Below are positions 20,309 to 31,954 of a stretch of DNA of 64,000 nucleotides, one piece after another (within the stretch, counting starts at the first letter, position 1; each line of letters begins with the position of its first letter). This stretch comes from an uncultured Gemmatimonadales bacterium. Its GTDB lineage: Bacteria > Gemmatimonadota > Gemmatimonadetes > Longimicrobiales > RSA9. The stretch is taken from positions 3,552,001-3,616,000 of the forward strand of contig OY970192.1 of NCBI GenBank assembly GCA_963708135.1. Reading direction: 5' to 3'. The notes beneath the pieces were generated by a model. That model saw nothing but the letters and a program-made list of their open reading frames with translations. It did not search any database and had not been told where the DNA came from. The translations under genes and the position numbers were made by a program.

Positions 20309-22627
20309 ATGGTCTTCGACGCGCCCACCCTGGCCGTGCTGGCGGCGCTCCTGCTCGGCGGAGGGCCGGGGCCGAGCGGCACGTACAGCGGCCGTGCGAA
20401 CGAGACGAGCGTGGCGATCCCGCACCTCGCGGCCGAGGTGCGCGTGGACGGCTCGCTCGCGGAGGCGGTATGGGGGGGGGCGGCGCTGCTCACGGGCTTC
20501 TCGGAGTACACGCCGGTGGACGGGCAGCCGGCGCAGGACTCGACCGAGGTGTTGACGTGGTACGACGACCACGCGATCTACTTCGGGATCCGCGCCTTCG
20601 AGCCGCACGGCGCGGTGCACGCCACGCTGGCGGACCGGGACCGCATCGACGGCGACGACTGGGTGCGCGTGCTGCTGGACACCTTCCACGATGCCCGGCG
20701 GGCGATGGTCTTCGGGGTCAATCCGCTGGGCGTGCAGATGGATGGCGTGCTGAGCGAGGGCGGCCGGAACGGCGGGCTGGACCTGAGCCCGGACTTCGTC
20801 TTCGCGTCGAAGGGGCACGTGACCGCGTGGGGCTACGAGGTCGAGGTGCGGATCCCGTTCAAGAGCCTGCGCTACCCGGCCGTCCCCACGCAGGATTGGG
20901 GCATCCAGATCCTGCGCCGGCCGCAGCACTCCGGGCACCAGCAGAGCTGGACGGCCGCCCGGCAGGGCGCCGCGTCGTTCCTGGCCCAGAGCGGCACCCT
21001 CGTGGGGCTCACCGGGCTGCGACGGGGGCTCGTGCTGGACGTGAACCCCGTGGTCACCAGCCGCACGACCGGCGCGCCCGCCCCGGAGGGCTGGAGCTAC
21101 GACGGCGGCGCGCCGGAGTTCGGCGCCAACGTGCGCTGGGGGGTGACCACGAACCTGACGCTGAACGGGACGGTGAACCCGGACTTCTCGCAGGTCGAGG
21201 CCGATGCCGGGCAACTCGTCTTCGACCCCCGCGAGGCCCTCTACTTCCCCGAGAAGCGGCCGTTCTTCCTGGACGGGAGCGAGCAGTTCGACACGCCCAG
21301 CCAGCTCATCTACACCCGCCGGATCGTGGCGCCCGTGGCCGCGACCAAGCTCTCCGGCAAGATCTCCGGCACCGAGCTCGGGCTGCTCGCGGCCGTGGAC
21401 GACCGCGCATACTCGCTCGACGGCGCCACCCCCCTCTACACACTGCTGCGCGTGCGCCGCGACGTGGGCGCCGGCTCGACCGCCGGGCTCGTCTACACCG
21501 ACCGCATGGACGGCGCGGACGACAACCGCGTCGTCGGCGCAGATGCCCGCTTCGTCTTCGGGAAGCTGTACGCCCTCTCGGTCGAGGCCGCCGAGAGCTT
21601 CGACCGCACCGCCGGCACCTCCACCGCGGCGCCCCTGTGGAAGCTCGGCTTCGACCGCACCGGGCGCGCCTTCGGCGTGGGCTACCGACTCGAGGGGATT
21701 CACCAGGACTTCAACGCCGCCGCCGGCTACATCCCGCGTGCCGGCATCGTCCATACCCTGCTCTCGCCCCACTACACCACCTACGGCGCGCCCGGCAGCG
21801 CCATCGAGACCTGGGGTAACAGCGTCTCCGTCGACCTCACCTGGGACTACGCCGCCTTCACCGCCGGGCGCCACGCCGGCGACATGAAGCTGCACCTGAA
21901 CAGCAACCTCCAGCTGCGCGGCGGCTGGCGCTCGGGGCTCGCCGCATTCATCGAGTCCTTCGCATACCCGGCCGCCCTCTACTCCAACTACTACATCGCG
22001 CTGCCCGGACCCGCCGGGACCGACACCGTGCCCTTCACCGGCTCGCCGCGCATCCCGAACCTCGACTTCATGTGGACCTTCGGCACCCCCACCTGGAAGA
22101 CCTTCGACCTCAGCGGCTTCGCCATCCTCGGCCGCGATGAGAACTTCTTCGAGTGGGCGCCCGCCTACATCGCCTTCCTCAGCGCCTCCGCCGACTGGCG
22201 GCCGACCGACCGCATCCGCGTGCAGACCAGCTATCTGCACGAGCAGTTCGTCCGCGCCAGCGACCGCACCACCGTCGGCGTCACGCAGATCCCACGCGTC
22301 AAGCTCGAGTACCAGCTCTCCCGCCCCGTCTTCCTGCGCTTCGTCGGCCAGTACGTCTCCGATCGCAGCGCCGCGCTCCGCGACGACTCGCGCACCTTCG
22401 CCCCGATCCTCATCCGCGGCCCCGACGGCGGCTTCACGCCCGCCGCCGCCGCGGCCACGAACGGCTTCCGCGCCGACTGGCTCTTTTCCTTCCAGCCGAC
22501 GCCCGGTACCGTCCTCTTCGCCGGCTACGGCAGCAGCCTCGCCGACGCGAGTGCGTTCGGCTTCCGCGACCTCCGCCGCACCGCCGACGGCTTCTTCGTG
22601 AAGCTCAGCTACCTGTTCCGCATGTAG
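20309..22627 (+). CDS. CBM9-like/DUF5916 outer-membrane protein
   Basis: [38 protein letters not shown]-terminal FFVKLSYLF. Confidence 0.85.
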   Translation: MVFDAPTLAVLAALLLGGGPGPSGTYSGRANETSVAIPHLAAEVRVDGSLAEAVWGGAALLTGFSEYTPVDGQPAQDSTEVLTWYDDHAIYFGIRAFEPHGAVHATLADRDRIDGDDWVRVLLDTFHDARRAMVFGVNPLGVQMDGVLSEGGRNGGLDLSPDFVFASKGHVTAWGYEVEVRIPFKSLRYPAVPTQDWGIQILRRPQHSGHQQSWTAARQGAASFLAQSGTLVGLTGLRRGLVLDVNPVVTSRTTGAPAPEGWSYDGGAPEFGANVRWGVTTNLTLNGTVNPDFSQVEADAGQLVFDPREALYFPEKRPFFLDGSEQFDTPSQLIYTRRIVAPVAATKLSGKISGTELGLLAAVDDRAYSLDGATPLYTLLRVRRDVGAGSTAGLVYTDRMDGADDNRVVGADARFVFGKLYALSVEAAESFDRTAGTSTAAPLWKLGFDRTGRAFGVGYRLEGIHQDFNAAAGYIPRAGIVHTLLSPHYTTYGAPGSAIETWGNSVSVDLTWDYAAFTAGRHAGDMKLHLNSNLQLRGGWRSGLAAFIESFAYPAALYSNYYIALPGPAGTDTVPFTGSPRIPNLDFMWTFGTPTWKTFDLSGFAILGRDENFFEWAPAYIAFLSASADWRPTDRIRVQTSYLHEQFVRASDRTTVGVTQIPRVKLEYQLSRPVFLRFVGQYVSDRSAALRDDSRTFAPILIRGPDGGFTPAAAAATNGFRADWLFSFQPTPGTVLFAGYGSSLADASAFGFRDLRRTADGFFVKLSYLFRM

Positions 22628-22776
22628 CGCAAGCCGCACCAGAGCAACGCGTTACAAGCGATCTGGACCGCCTCCGCGGGGTGTGGTGCCCGACCTTGTG
22701 GCGCGGGCGTCGCGGCGATACCGTGTCGGCGGCGCGCGCACCCCGCGGCGCCGGACCCCCACGCCCCCGAGGAGCA

Positions 22777-24975
22777 ATGACGCGCAACGTCCGCTTCGAC
22801 AGCCTGGCCGCCGTGAAGAGCTGGATCCCGCCGGAGGAGACACCGGCTGGAGGGGACCGTCGGCGGAGCGCGGAGAGCGTGGAGCAGCTCTTTGGGGCGA
22901 ATACGTTCGGGCTGGCGGAGATGCGGGCGCGGCTGCCGAAGGAGTCGTACCGGGCCTTGCTGTCAACGATCGAGACGGGGGCGGAGCTGGACCCGGCGGT
23001 GGCGGAGTCGGTGGCGATCGCCATGAAGGAATGGGCGATGGAGAAGGGGGCGACGCACTACACGCACTGGTTCCAGCCGCTCACGGGGCTGACGGCGGAG
23101 AAGCACGACTCGTTCATCACGCCGAACCGGGGGGGCGGTGCGGTGGCGGAGTTCAGCGGCAGCGCGCTGATCCAGGGGGAGCCGGACGCATCGTCGTTTC
23201 CGTCGGGCGGTCTCCGGGCGACGTTCGAGGCGCGCGGGTACACGGCGTGGGACCCGACGTCGCCTGCGTTCGTGGTGAACGCGGAGGGCGGCGCGACGTA
23301 CCTGGCGATCCCGACGGCGTTCCTCTCGTGGACGGGGGATGCGCTGGACACGAAGATCCCGCTGCTGCGCTCGATGCACGCGCTCGACCAGCAGGCGCAG
23401 CGGGCGCTGGCGCTGTTCGGGACCGAGCGGGAGCGGGTGACGGCGACGCTGGGCCCGGAGCAGGAGTATTTCCTGATCGACCAGGAGTTCTTCTACCGGC
23501 GGCCGGACCTGGTGCTGACGGGGCGGACGCTGTTCGGCGCGCAGCCGCCGCGCGGACAGGAGCTCGAGGACCATTACTTCGGCTCGATCCCGGACCGGGT
23601 GCTGGCGTTCATGAACGAGGTGGAGCGGGAGCTGTACCGGCTGGGGGTGCCGGTGAAGACGCGGCACAACGAGGTGGCGCCGGGGCAGTTCGAGATGGCG
23701 CCGATCTACGAGAACGCGAACCTGGCCGCGGACCACCAGCAGCTGATGATGCTGGAGCTGCGCAACGCGGCGCGGAAGTACGGCCTGGTGGCGTTGCTGC
23801 ACGAGAAGCCGTTCGCGGGGGTGAACGGCAGCGGCAAGCACCTGAACTGGTCGTTCGGCACGGGCTCCGCCAACCTGCTCGAGCCGGGCGAGACGCCGCA
23901 CGAGAACATGCAGTTCCTCTTCTTCTGCACGGCGGTGCTGCGGGCGGTGGAGCGACACCAGGACCTGCTGCGCGCGGCGGTCGCCTTCGCGGGCAACGAC
24001 CACCGGCTGGGCGCGAACGAGGCGCCGCCGGCGATCATCTCGGTGTTCGTGGGCGAGCAGCTGCAGGACGTGTTCGAGCAGATCGAGCGTGCCGGGCGGG
24101 CGGAGACGAGCAAGCAGGGCGGGCTGCTGGGTCTGGGGACGACGACGCTGCCGCATCTGCCGCGACACGCGGGCGACCGCAACCGCACTTCGCCGTTCGC
24201 GTTCACGGGCAACAAGTTCGAGTTCCGTGCGCTGGGGGCCTCGCAGAGCATCTCCTTCCCCGCCACGGTGCTGAACACGATCGTGGCGGAGGCGATCGAC
24301 GAGCTGTGCGACGCGCTCGAGAAGGAGATGGAGGGCGGCACGGCCCTGGAGGAGTCCATGCGCGCGCTGCTGGCGCGCGAGATCCCGAAGGTCAAGCGCA
24401 TCATCTTCAACGGCGACGGCTACAGCGAGGCGTGGCACCGGGAGGCGGCCGAGCGCGGGCTGCTGAACCTGCCCACCACCCTCGACGCGCTGCCGTACCT
24501 GACGAACGAGAAGAACGCGGCGCTGTTCGAGCGCTACAGCGTGCTGAGCCGGCGCGAGCTGGAGTCGCGGGCGGAGATCTCGTACGACCAGTACTTCAAG
24601 ACGGTCAACATCGAGGGCGAGGCCACGGCGGAGCTGGCGAGCACGATGGTGCTGCCCGCGGCCGTCCGCTACGTCCACGAGCTCGGCCGCGCCGGCGCGG
24701 ACGCGCGCGGCGCCGGGGTGGAGTCGCGCGGGATCCAGCGGCGGCTGGAGGAGGTCGTCGCGCTGGTGGACGAGCTCTCGGACAAGCTCGCGCACCTCGT
24801 GGCGCAGAACGCCGAGCTCGGCGGCGACGCCGTGCACGACAAGGCGCATCACATGCGCGACAACATCATCCCGGCCATGGACGGGGTGCGCTCCGCCGTT
24901 GACCGGCTCGAGCGGGTGCTGCCCGAGGACCTCTGGCCGCTGCCCCGCTACCGGGACATGCTGTTCGTGAAATAG
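22777..24975 (+). CDS. Glutamine synthetase type III
   Basis: [79 protein letters not shown]. Confidence 0.95.
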   Translation: MTRNVRFDSLAAVKSWIPPEETPAGGDRRRSAESVEQLFGANTFGLAEMRARLPKESYRALLSTIETGAELDPAVAESVAIAMKEWAMEKGATHYTHWFQPLTGLTAEKHDSFITPNRGGGAVAEFSGSALIQGEPDASSFPSGGLRATFEARGYTAWDPTSPAFVVNAEGGATYLAIPTAFLSWTGDALDTKIPLLRSMHALDQQAQRALALFGTERERVTATLGPEQEYFLIDQEFFYRRPDLVLTGRTLFGAQPPRGQELEDHYFGSIPDRVLAFMNEVERELYRLGVPVKTRHNEVAPGQFEMAPIYENANLAADHQQLMMLELRNAARKYGLVALLHEKPFAGVNGSGKHLNWSFGTGSANLLEPGETPHENMQFLFFCTAVLRAVERHQDLLRAAVAFAGNDHRLGANEAPPAIISVFVGEQLQDVFEQIERAGRAETSKQGGLLGLGTTTLPHLPRHAGDRNRTSPFAFTGNKFEFRALGASQSISFPATVLNTIVAEAIDELCDALEKEMEGGTALEESMRALLAREIPKVKRIIFNGDGYSEAWHREAAERGLLNLPTTLDALPYLTNEKNAALFERYSVLSRRELESRAEISYDQYFKTVNIEGEATAELASTMVLPAAVRYVHELGRAGADARGAGVESRGIQRRLEEVVALVDELSDKLAHLVAQNAELGGDAVHDKAHHMRDNIIPAMDGVRSAVDRLERVLPEDLWPLPRYRDMLFVK

Positions 24976-24979
24976 GAGC

Positions 24980-25795
24980 ATGCGCTCACGTGAACGACGC
25001 AGGCACGGGAGGCGACGCGGGCTGCGGCCCCTGTCGCTCCTCGCTGTCGCCGTCGTCGCATTTCCGGGTTCGGTTCGCGCGCAGGGCATCCTGAACGCGG
25101 AGCAGTACCAGCCGAAGGACGTGTCGGGCTTCCACTTCGGGCTGGATGCCAGGGGCAGCCTGGTGCGCGGCAACGCACGCGTGCTCGACCTGGGCGGCAC
25201 GGGCATCATCGGCTATCGCGCGCCGACGCAGTGGATCCGCATGATCGTGGGCGCGAGCTACCTGCGCACATCGGGCAGCGGGATCGTCAACGACCGCTTC
25301 GCCCACCTCCGCTACAACTACGATCTCACGCCGCGGCTCCGGACCTTCCACTTCGTGCAGGTGCAGGCGAACAAGTCGCTCCAGCTCTCCGACCGCGAGC
25401 TCGTGGGGAGCGGCCTGCGCGCGACGGTGCTCACCGGCAAGGCGGGCTCGCTCGACGTGGGGCTCGGCGCGATGCTGGAGCTGGAGCGGCTGAACGCCGA
25501 TGCACGCGCGGCGGGCGCGCCGGCACGAACGACCGACTGGCGCATGGCGGACCTGGCGGTGGCCACGGTGCGGCTCGGGACCGGGGCCTCGCTCCAGGAC
25601 GTCGCCTACGTCCAGCCGCGGCTGGACGCCTTCTCCGACATCCGCGTCCTGGACAACCTGAACCTGCTCGTCCCGCTCACCGACAACGTGAAGCTCACGG
25701 TGTCCGGTGAGTGGCGCCACGACAGCCGCCCGCCCGCGGCGGTCCTTCCCGACGACTTCTCGCTCAAGACGGGCATCTCGATCCTGGTGCCGTAG
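24980..25795 (+). CDS. DUF481-like outer-membrane beta-barrel protein
   Basis: Signal peptide ending AQG; FAHLRYNY, YVQPRLDAFSDIRVL, HDSRPP. Confidence 0.7.
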   Translation: MRSRERRRHGRRRGLRPLSLLAVAVVAFPGSVRAQGILNAEQYQPKDVSGFHFGLDARGSLVRGNARVLDLGGTGIIGYRAPTQWIRMIVGASYLRTSGSGIVNDRFAHLRYNYDLTPRLRTFHFVQVQANKSLQLSDRELVGSGLRATVLTGKAGSLDVGLGAMLELERLNADARAAGAPARTTDWRMADLAVATVRLGTGASLQDVAYVQPRLDAFSDIRVLDNLNLLVPLTDNVKLTVSGEWRHDSRPPAAVLPDDFSLKTGISILVP

Positions 25796-26032
25796 ACTCG
25801 CCTGCCGGGGCCAGTCCCGGGGGGGCGGGTTCGCCTGGCACGCGGCAGGTCCGGACCGAGCCCGTCAGATCTCCGATTCGCCACGCGCCGGGGGAGAACC
25901 CACGCCTCGACGGCACGCGTCATGAATCCCCGCCTCGGGCGCTCCATCAATAGAGAATCGCCTTATCGGCAACGGGCCGGCGGGTGGAGCGGCGCGTGGC
26001 CCCGGTGCCGGCCGGTTACAGCGGAGACATCG

Positions 26033-26866
26033 ATGCGACGAATAATCCTGATGCTGCTTCTCCTGCAGGCGCCCGCCACCGCGGTGCGCGCGCAGGAGCC
26101 GGACAGCTCCCGAGTGCCCGCGCCATTCTTCAGTGCACGCGACGCCTGGTTAGCCGCAGGGTTCGTCGCCGGGACGGTGGCCATGCTGCCGCTGGACAAG
26201 CGGCTCGCGCACAACTTCCGGCAGCCGGTCAACCAGGCGAGCCCGACGCTGCGGGACGCGGCGGACTTCTTCCGCTTCATGGGCCAGCCGGCGCCACAGA
26301 TCATCGGGCCGTCGCTCTACATTGCGGGCCGGCTGGGCCACTGGCACCACATTGCGGCGCTCGGGCTGCACGGCACGGAGGCCATGCTCCTGAGCACGGC
26401 GATCACGGGCAGCATCAAGCTGCTGGTGGGCCGGGCACGTCCGTTCGTGACGGCGGACACGAACTCCACGTCGTTCGCGTTCGGTCGGGGGCTGCACGGC
26501 GCGAAGTACCAGTCGTTCCCCTCCGGCCACGCCACCACGGCGTTTGCCGTCGCCTCTTCCGTGACGTCCGAGGTAGGGCATTGGGTGGACGAGACCCACG
26601 GCTGGCCCGGCTGGAAGTACGTGATCGGAGTGACGATGTACGGCGGCGCGAGCTTGATCGCGCTCTCGCGCATCTACGACGACAAGCACTGGGCGAGCGA
26701 CATCATGGCGGGCGCGGCGATCGGCACGTTCAGCGGGAGCAAGGTGGTCCGCTACGACTACGACCATCCGAAGAACCGGCTCGACCGCTGGCTGCTCTCC
26801 GCCCGCGTCGCGCCTTCGCCGGCGGGGGGGGTCTACCTGGCCTGGGCGGTGCCGACGGGGTTCTGA
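26033..26866 (+). CDS. PAP2 family phosphatase
   Basis: KLLVGRARP, SFPSGHA, SRIYDDKHWASD. Confidence 0.9.
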   Translation: MRRIILMLLLLQAPATAVRAQEPDSSRVPAPFFSARDAWLAAGFVAGTVAMLPLDKRLAHNFRQPVNQASPTLRDAADFFRFMGQPAPQIIGPSLYIAGRLGHWHHIAALGLHGTEAMLLSTAITGSIKLLVGRARPFVTADTNSTSFAFGRGLHGAKYQSFPSGHATTAFAVASSVTSEVGHWVDETHGWPGWKYVIGVTMYGGASLIALSRIYDDKHWASDIMAGAAIGTFSGSKVVRYDYDHPKNRLDRWLLSARVAPSPAGGVYLAWAVPTGF

Positions 26867-27036
26867 GCGTCCCGGCGGCCGGGCGGCCGTGACGGCCCGC
26901 GGACCCACGCCGCGGCGGGGCGGCTGACGCTGTCCCGCCGCAGGGGGCCGAAGCGCGCACGTGTAATCCTGCCGTAAGCCCGTGGGTCCCATACTGCTCT
27001 GTTCGTGCGCGGGCGCCGCTGCCCCCCATCCTCCTG

Positions 27037-29517
27037 TTGTCGGAGCATCGCGTGTTCGAGTTGAAGCCGTTGGCCGCCGTCGTCCTGTCGCTCTCGATCC
27101 TGGCACCGCCGAATGTCCTGGCCGCGCAGCAGCCCGGCCACGCGGCCCCCGCCTCGGTGCAGGGCGCCGGCCGGATCAGCGGGACGGTGCTGACTGCGGG
27201 AACGGGGCATCCGCTGCCGGCCGCCTCCGTCGCCCTGTTGTCGGCCGCCGACTCCTCGCTGGTGACCGGGGCGCTTACGGACGCGCACGGCGGTTTCCGG
27301 CTGGAGGGCATTCCGAACGGTTCATACGAGCTCCGGATCACCGCGCTGGGCTATCGGACACACCTCGTGCGCGGAGTCCGGATCACCACCGCGCGGCAGG
27401 CGCTCTCGATCGGCGAGGTGCGGCTCGGAACGAGCCCCGTGACGCTGAAGGCGGTGACGGCGACCGGGCACAAGGAGATCATGCACCTCGCGCCGGACCG
27501 CAATACGTACGTCGTCCGGAACATGCCCGTGACGCGGGGCGGCACGGCGATCGACGTGCTGCGGAATGTGCCGTCGGTGGACGTGGACATCGACAACGTC
27601 ATCAGCCTGCGCGGCAACAGCGGGGTCGTGATCGAGATCGACGGCCGGCCGACGCCCATGAAGGGCAGCCAGCTCGGTGACTTCCTGGCGCAGCTGCCGG
27701 CGGACATGGTGGCGCGGGTGGAGGTCATCCCGAACCCGTCGGCGAAGTACGAGCCGGACGGCATTGCCGGGATCATCAACATCATCCTCAAGAAGAAGAC
27801 GGACCTCGGGACGAGCGGCGGCGTGAGCATCGGCGCCGGGACTCTGGGGAGCGTGAGCGCGTCGGGGGACGTGGGCTACCAGCGCGGGCGGCTGAGCCTA
27901 TACGGCAGCTACGCCTTCGAGCGGCGCAACCGGCCGCGCAGCGAGTCGATCTTCCGGACGAACCTCTACGAGACGCCGCTGTCCTACCTGGACGAGACCT
28001 CGACCCGGTCGGACAAGCCGATCTCGAACACGCTGACGGGCAGCGGCTCCTACCAACTGGCGAAGCACGACCAGCTCTCGGCCGATCTCCTATACAGCAC
28101 GCGGCACGCGCCACGCGGGTACACCACCGTCTACCGCGACCTGAACGCCTCGCGCGTGCTGACGGGCATGCAGGACCAGGCCATCACGGGCGATCACGGG
28201 GAGTCCTCGCTCGAGGCGACGCTCGGCTACAAGCACACCTTCGAGCCGGAGCGGCACGACCTGGCGGCCGAGCTGCGCCTGGACCGCGCCGGCGAGGGCG
28301 GGCACAGCGACTTCACGCGGGACACGCTGTCGCTCGGCGGCGCGCCACTCGGCGATCCCTTCCGGCAGAACCAGGTGAGCTGGGAGCACCCGCTGGAGGC
28401 GTCGGGCAAGCTCGACTACACCCGCACCTTCGGGAAGGCGCTGCAACTGCAGGCGGGCTACAAGGGCGAGCTGCTCCAGTACCATACGACGCTGGATACG
28501 CGGATCTTCGATCCCGCCGCCGCGGCGTGGCTGACCGACAGCACGCAGACGAACAACTTCAAATACGACGAGTGGGTGAACGCCGGCTACGGCCTCCTGC
28601 AGGACAAGATCGGCAAGGTCCAGCTCCAGGCGGGGGTGCGCCTGGAGCACGCGGCCACCACGTTCCACCTGGCCAACACCGGCGCGACCTACCACAACAA
28701 CTACAACAGCGTGTTCCCGAGCGCGCTCATCGCCTACAACCCGGATGATGCGGACCAGCTCAAGATCAGCTACTCGAAGCGCATCCGCCGCCCGGACGAT
28801 ACCGATCTGCTGGATCCCACCCCCCATTACATCGATCCGCTGAACGTGCGGCGGGGCAATCCATACCTGCAACCCGAGTACATCCACTCCTTCGAGCTGG
28901 GTTATCAGCGCTCGGGTGACGTCATGACATACCAGGTCACGCCGTTCTACCGCCGCACGGTGAACAATGTCACACGGATCCAGACGATCGACTCCGCGGG
29001 CGTGGCCACCATGACGTTCCAGAACCTGGCCCACACGGATTCCTACGGCACGGACATGAACGCATCGCTGCACAAGGGGATCGTGACGGGGTTCGTGGGC
29101 GCCAGCTTCTTCCGCGAGGCGACGAACGGCGCGAACCTCGGCCCCGGGCTCTCGGCGCGCACCTTCGGCTGGACCGCACGGGCGAACGCGACGGCGCACG
29201 TGCGCGACGGCCTCGACGTGCAGACGCTCTTCTTCTACCGCGGTCCGATGCGCGTGGCGCAGGGCCGGATCGCGGGGCGCACCCGTCTCGACGTGGCGAT
29301 CCGGCAGCAGCTCAGCAAGCGCTTCGACGTGACGATGCGGGTGGCGGATCCGTTGAACACGAGCGGTGAGCAGTTCACTACGATCGACCCGCGCTTCCAG
29401 CAGGTCTCCGACTACCGCCGCCGCTCGCGGGCGGTGGTGCTCGACCTGAGCTACCGCTTCGGGAAGCCCGGCAAGAAGAAGCCGCCGGTCACGGACACGA
29501 CGCTCGGCGGCAACTGA
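27037..29517 (+). CDS. TonB-dependent receptor (carboxypeptidase-regulatory-like N-domain, plug, beta-barrel)
   Basis: DVLRNVPSV, EVIPNPSAKY...GIINIILKK, GNPYLQPEY, terminal LSYRFG. Confidence 0.9.
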   Translation: MSEHRVFELKPLAAVVLSLSILAPPNVLAAQQPGHAAPASVQGAGRISGTVLTAGTGHPLPAASVALLSAADSSLVTGALTDAHGGFRLEGIPNGSYELRITALGYRTHLVRGVRITTARQALSIGEVRLGTSPVTLKAVTATGHKEIMHLAPDRNTYVVRNMPVTRGGTAIDVLRNVPSVDVDIDNVISLRGNSGVVIEIDGRPTPMKGSQLGDFLAQLPADMVARVEVIPNPSAKYEPDGIAGIINIILKKKTDLGTSGGVSIGAGTLGSVSASGDVGYQRGRLSLYGSYAFERRNRPRSESIFRTNLYETPLSYLDETSTRSDKPISNTLTGSGSYQLAKHDQLSADLLYSTRHAPRGYTTVYRDLNASRVLTGMQDQAITGDHGESSLEATLGYKHTFEPERHDLAAELRLDRAGEGGHSDFTRDTLSLGGAPLGDPFRQNQVSWEHPLEASGKLDYTRTFGKALQLQAGYKGELLQYHTTLDTRIFDPAAAAWLTDSTQTNNFKYDEWVNAGYGLLQDKIGKVQLQAGVRLEHAATTFHLANTGATYHNNYNSVFPSALIAYNPDDADQLKISYSKRIRRPDDTDLLDPTPHYIDPLNVRRGNPYLQPEYIHSFELGYQRSGDVMTYQVTPFYRRTVNNVTRIQTIDSAGVATMTFQNLAHTDSYGTDMNASLHKGIVTGFVGASFFREATNGANLGPGLSARTFGWTARANATAHVRDGLDVQTLFFYRGPMRVAQGRIAGRTRLDVAIRQQLSKRFDVTMRVADPLNTSGEQFTTIDPRFQQVSDYRRRSRAVVLDLSYRFGKPGKKKPPVTDTTLGGN

Positions 29518-29533
29518 GGGCCGCACAGCCGGG

Positions 29534-31939
29534 ATGCTCGGGAGGGGCGCGGGGTGCGTGTTTCTACTGCTGGTATGGGCGGCCGCTCGGCCTGCGAGCG
29601 CACAGCGCGCGCACGTCCGCGGCCAGGTCACCGGCGGTGGGGGGACTCCGATCGCGCTCGCGGACGTGGAGCTCTACGGTGCGAGCGTCGCCTTCGACAC
29701 GGCTGGGGGAACGCAGGCGACGTCGGCGCCGCCCGTCGCCCGCACGGTCACCGACTCGCTCGGCCGGTTCGCGCTCGTGGCTCCGGCCGGCAGCTATCTG
29801 CTGCGCGTCCGGTTTCTGTCCTTCATGCCTCTCACACGCCGTCTCAGGCTGCGGCCGGGGGAGCGCAGCGACCTCGGGGTGCTGACGCTCACCCCGCGCG
29901 CCATCGCGCTGCCCGGCGTCGTCGCCAGGGGTCAGCGCTCCGCGCTTCAGCTCGGGTTCGAGAAGCGGGTGTTCCGCGTGGGGAAGGACATCACGGTCGC
30001 GGGCGGGTCGGTGCTCAATGTGCTCAACAATGTGCCGTCCGTCACCGCGGGCCTGAACGGCACCGTCCAGCTGCGCGGCAGCAGCGCGGTGCGGATCCTG
30101 ATCGACGGCAAGCCGAGCACCGTCTACCGCAACGGCTCCCGCGCGCTCCAGAGCCTTTCGGCGGACATGATCGCCGAGGTGCAGGTGATCACGAACCCTT
30201 CCGCCAGGTACGTGGCGGAGGGAAGCGCGGGCATCATCAACATCGTCCTGAAGAAGCATCGCGCGCCGGGGTTCCACGGCACGGTGGGGCTCATGCAGCG
30301 GGCGCCGGAATCGACGGCGCTCACGACGAACCTGAACCTCGGGGCGGGACGGGTGAGCTGGTTCCTGAACGGCGACGTCGCGTACGCGGCGGACCCGTCG
30401 CACAGCCGCAGCTACGAGCGCTACGCCTCGCCCGACACGGCCTACGTCTATCAGGGCTTCGACGACGGCCGCGAGACCGACTACGATGGCAACCTCCGGC
30501 TGGGCCTGGAGGTCAGGCCCGATTCGGCGCAGGCGCTCACGGCGAGCACGCTGTGGCACTTCGAGGACAAGAGGGACCTGTGGCATGGCGGGTGGGTGGA
30601 TTCGACGCTGGCCGGCGGGCTTCTGGACCCGATCATCCGGAGCGAGACCATTGGCGGAGGCGAGGTCGGGGGCGCCGGCTCCCTCGAGTATGCACGGCAG
30701 CTCGGTGGCGACGCGCATAAACTGACGGCGAGCGCCGACTACGACCACTCGACGGAGAAGGAGCTGCCACGCACCACGGAAGCGGCCGCCGGCGCGCCGT
30801 TCGATTCGGTCCTCGACCGCATCGACGACAGCCGCATCGCGGACCAGCTCCGGCTACGAGCCGATTACACCCGCCCGCTCGCCGATAGTGGCAAGCTCGA
30901 GGCCGGCGCGCGCGCAAGCTGGAGCCGCCAGGATCACCGCTACAGCGCGGCCGAGCGCCGACCGGGCGCGGGGTGGACGCCGCTGCCGGACTTCAGCAGC
31001 AACTACCGTGTGCGGGACCAGCTCTCAGCGGCGTACGCCACGGCATCGTCTGCGCTCGGTGCCGTGTCGTGGCAGCTGGGCCTTCGCGCGGAGCGTTACG
31101 CCATCGTGGTGAGTCCCCGCGCCGGCGGCGCGGGGACGCGCCAGAGCTACCTGGACGTCTTTCCCAGCGCGTTCCTCACGTACGCGTTCAGCGGCACGCG
31201 CTCGCTCCAGGTGAGCTACAGCCGGCGGGTGTCCCGCCCCGATGCGGCGCTGCTGCTGCCGGCGACGGACTTCTCGAGCACACGCACACGGTTCACGGGC
31301 AATCCCGAGCTCCGGCCCGAGTATGCCGACTCCTACGAGGCGACGCTGCTGCAATCATGGACCTCGGGGTCGCTGCTCGCGAGCGCCTACGACCGGCGAC
31401 GGAGGGGGGTCATCGAGCGGATCTCGCATCTCGACTCGCGCGGCGTGCTGGCGACCGTTCCCATCAACCTCGCCCGCGCCGAGGCACGGGGGCTCGAGCT
31501 GACGGTGCAGCAGGACGTGCCGGGCGTTCGCATGTCAACGTCCGCGAATCTCTTCCGCGAGCGCTCTCACGGCACCTTCGACGGCGTGCTGTACCACGCG
31601 GAGACGAACCGCCTCACGTCGAGACTGCGTCTGGACTGGGAGGGCGCGAGCGGCCTGAAAGTTCAGACGGCGGTGCGCTATCTCGGCCCGGCGCGCACCG
31701 TCCAGGGGCGCCGCGCCGCGACCGCATTCGCGAACATCGCGATCGCCCGGGACTTCTTCGACGGCCGGGCGACGGTCTCGCTCCAGTCCGAGGACCTCTT
31801 CAGTACCCGGCGCGAGCTATACACGATCACCGATCCGTACTCGTTCTCGCGCCAGCGGCTGTGGGAGCCCACTGGGCTGCGGCTCAATATCACGTGGCGC
31901 ATTCACGAGAAGAAGCCGGCGGACGACGAGGCCGGCTGA
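29534..31939 (+). CDS. TonB-dependent receptor, paralog of the upstream gene
   Basis: NVLNNVPSV, VITNPSARY...GIINIVLKK, GNPELRPEY. Confidence 0.88.
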   Translation: MLGRGAGCVFLLLVWAAARPASAQRAHVRGQVTGGGGTPIALADVELYGASVAFDTAGGTQATSAPPVARTVTDSLGRFALVAPAGSYLLRVRFLSFMPLTRRLRLRPGERSDLGVLTLTPRAIALPGVVARGQRSALQLGFEKRVFRVGKDITVAGGSVLNVLNNVPSVTAGLNGTVQLRGSSAVRILIDGKPSTVYRNGSRALQSLSADMIAEVQVITNPSARYVAEGSAGIINIVLKKHRAPGFHGTVGLMQRAPESTALTTNLNLGAGRVSWFLNGDVAYAADPSHSRSYERYASPDTAYVYQGFDDGRETDYDGNLRLGLEVRPDSAQALTASTLWHFEDKRDLWHGGWVDSTLAGGLLDPIIRSETIGGGEVGGAGSLEYARQLGGDAHKLTASADYDHSTEKELPRTTEAAAGAPFDSVLDRIDDSRIADQLRLRADYTRPLADSGKLEAGARASWSRQDHRYSAAERRPGAGWTPLPDFSSNYRVRDQLSAAYATASSALGAVSWQLGLRAERYAIVVSPRAGGAGTRQSYLDVFPSAFLTYAFSGTRSLQVSYSRRVSRPDAALLLPATDFSSTRTRFTGNPELRPEYADSYEATLLQSWTSGSLLASAYDRRRRGVIERISHLDSRGVLATVPINLARAEARGLELTVQQDVPGVRMSTSANLFRERSHGTFDGVLYHAETNRLTSRLRLDWEGASGLKVQTAVRYLGPARTVQGRRAATAFANIAIARDFFDGRATVSLQSEDLFSTRRELYTITDPYSFSRQRLWEPTGLRLNITWRIHEKKPADDEAG

Positions 31940-31954
31940 CCCGCCGCCGCGCCG

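Noticed and set aside
25835..25930. TGGCACG and CGGCACG as sigma54 promoters for the PAP2 gene
   Set aside because: Neither has GC at the required GG-N10-GC spacing (GT and GA instead)
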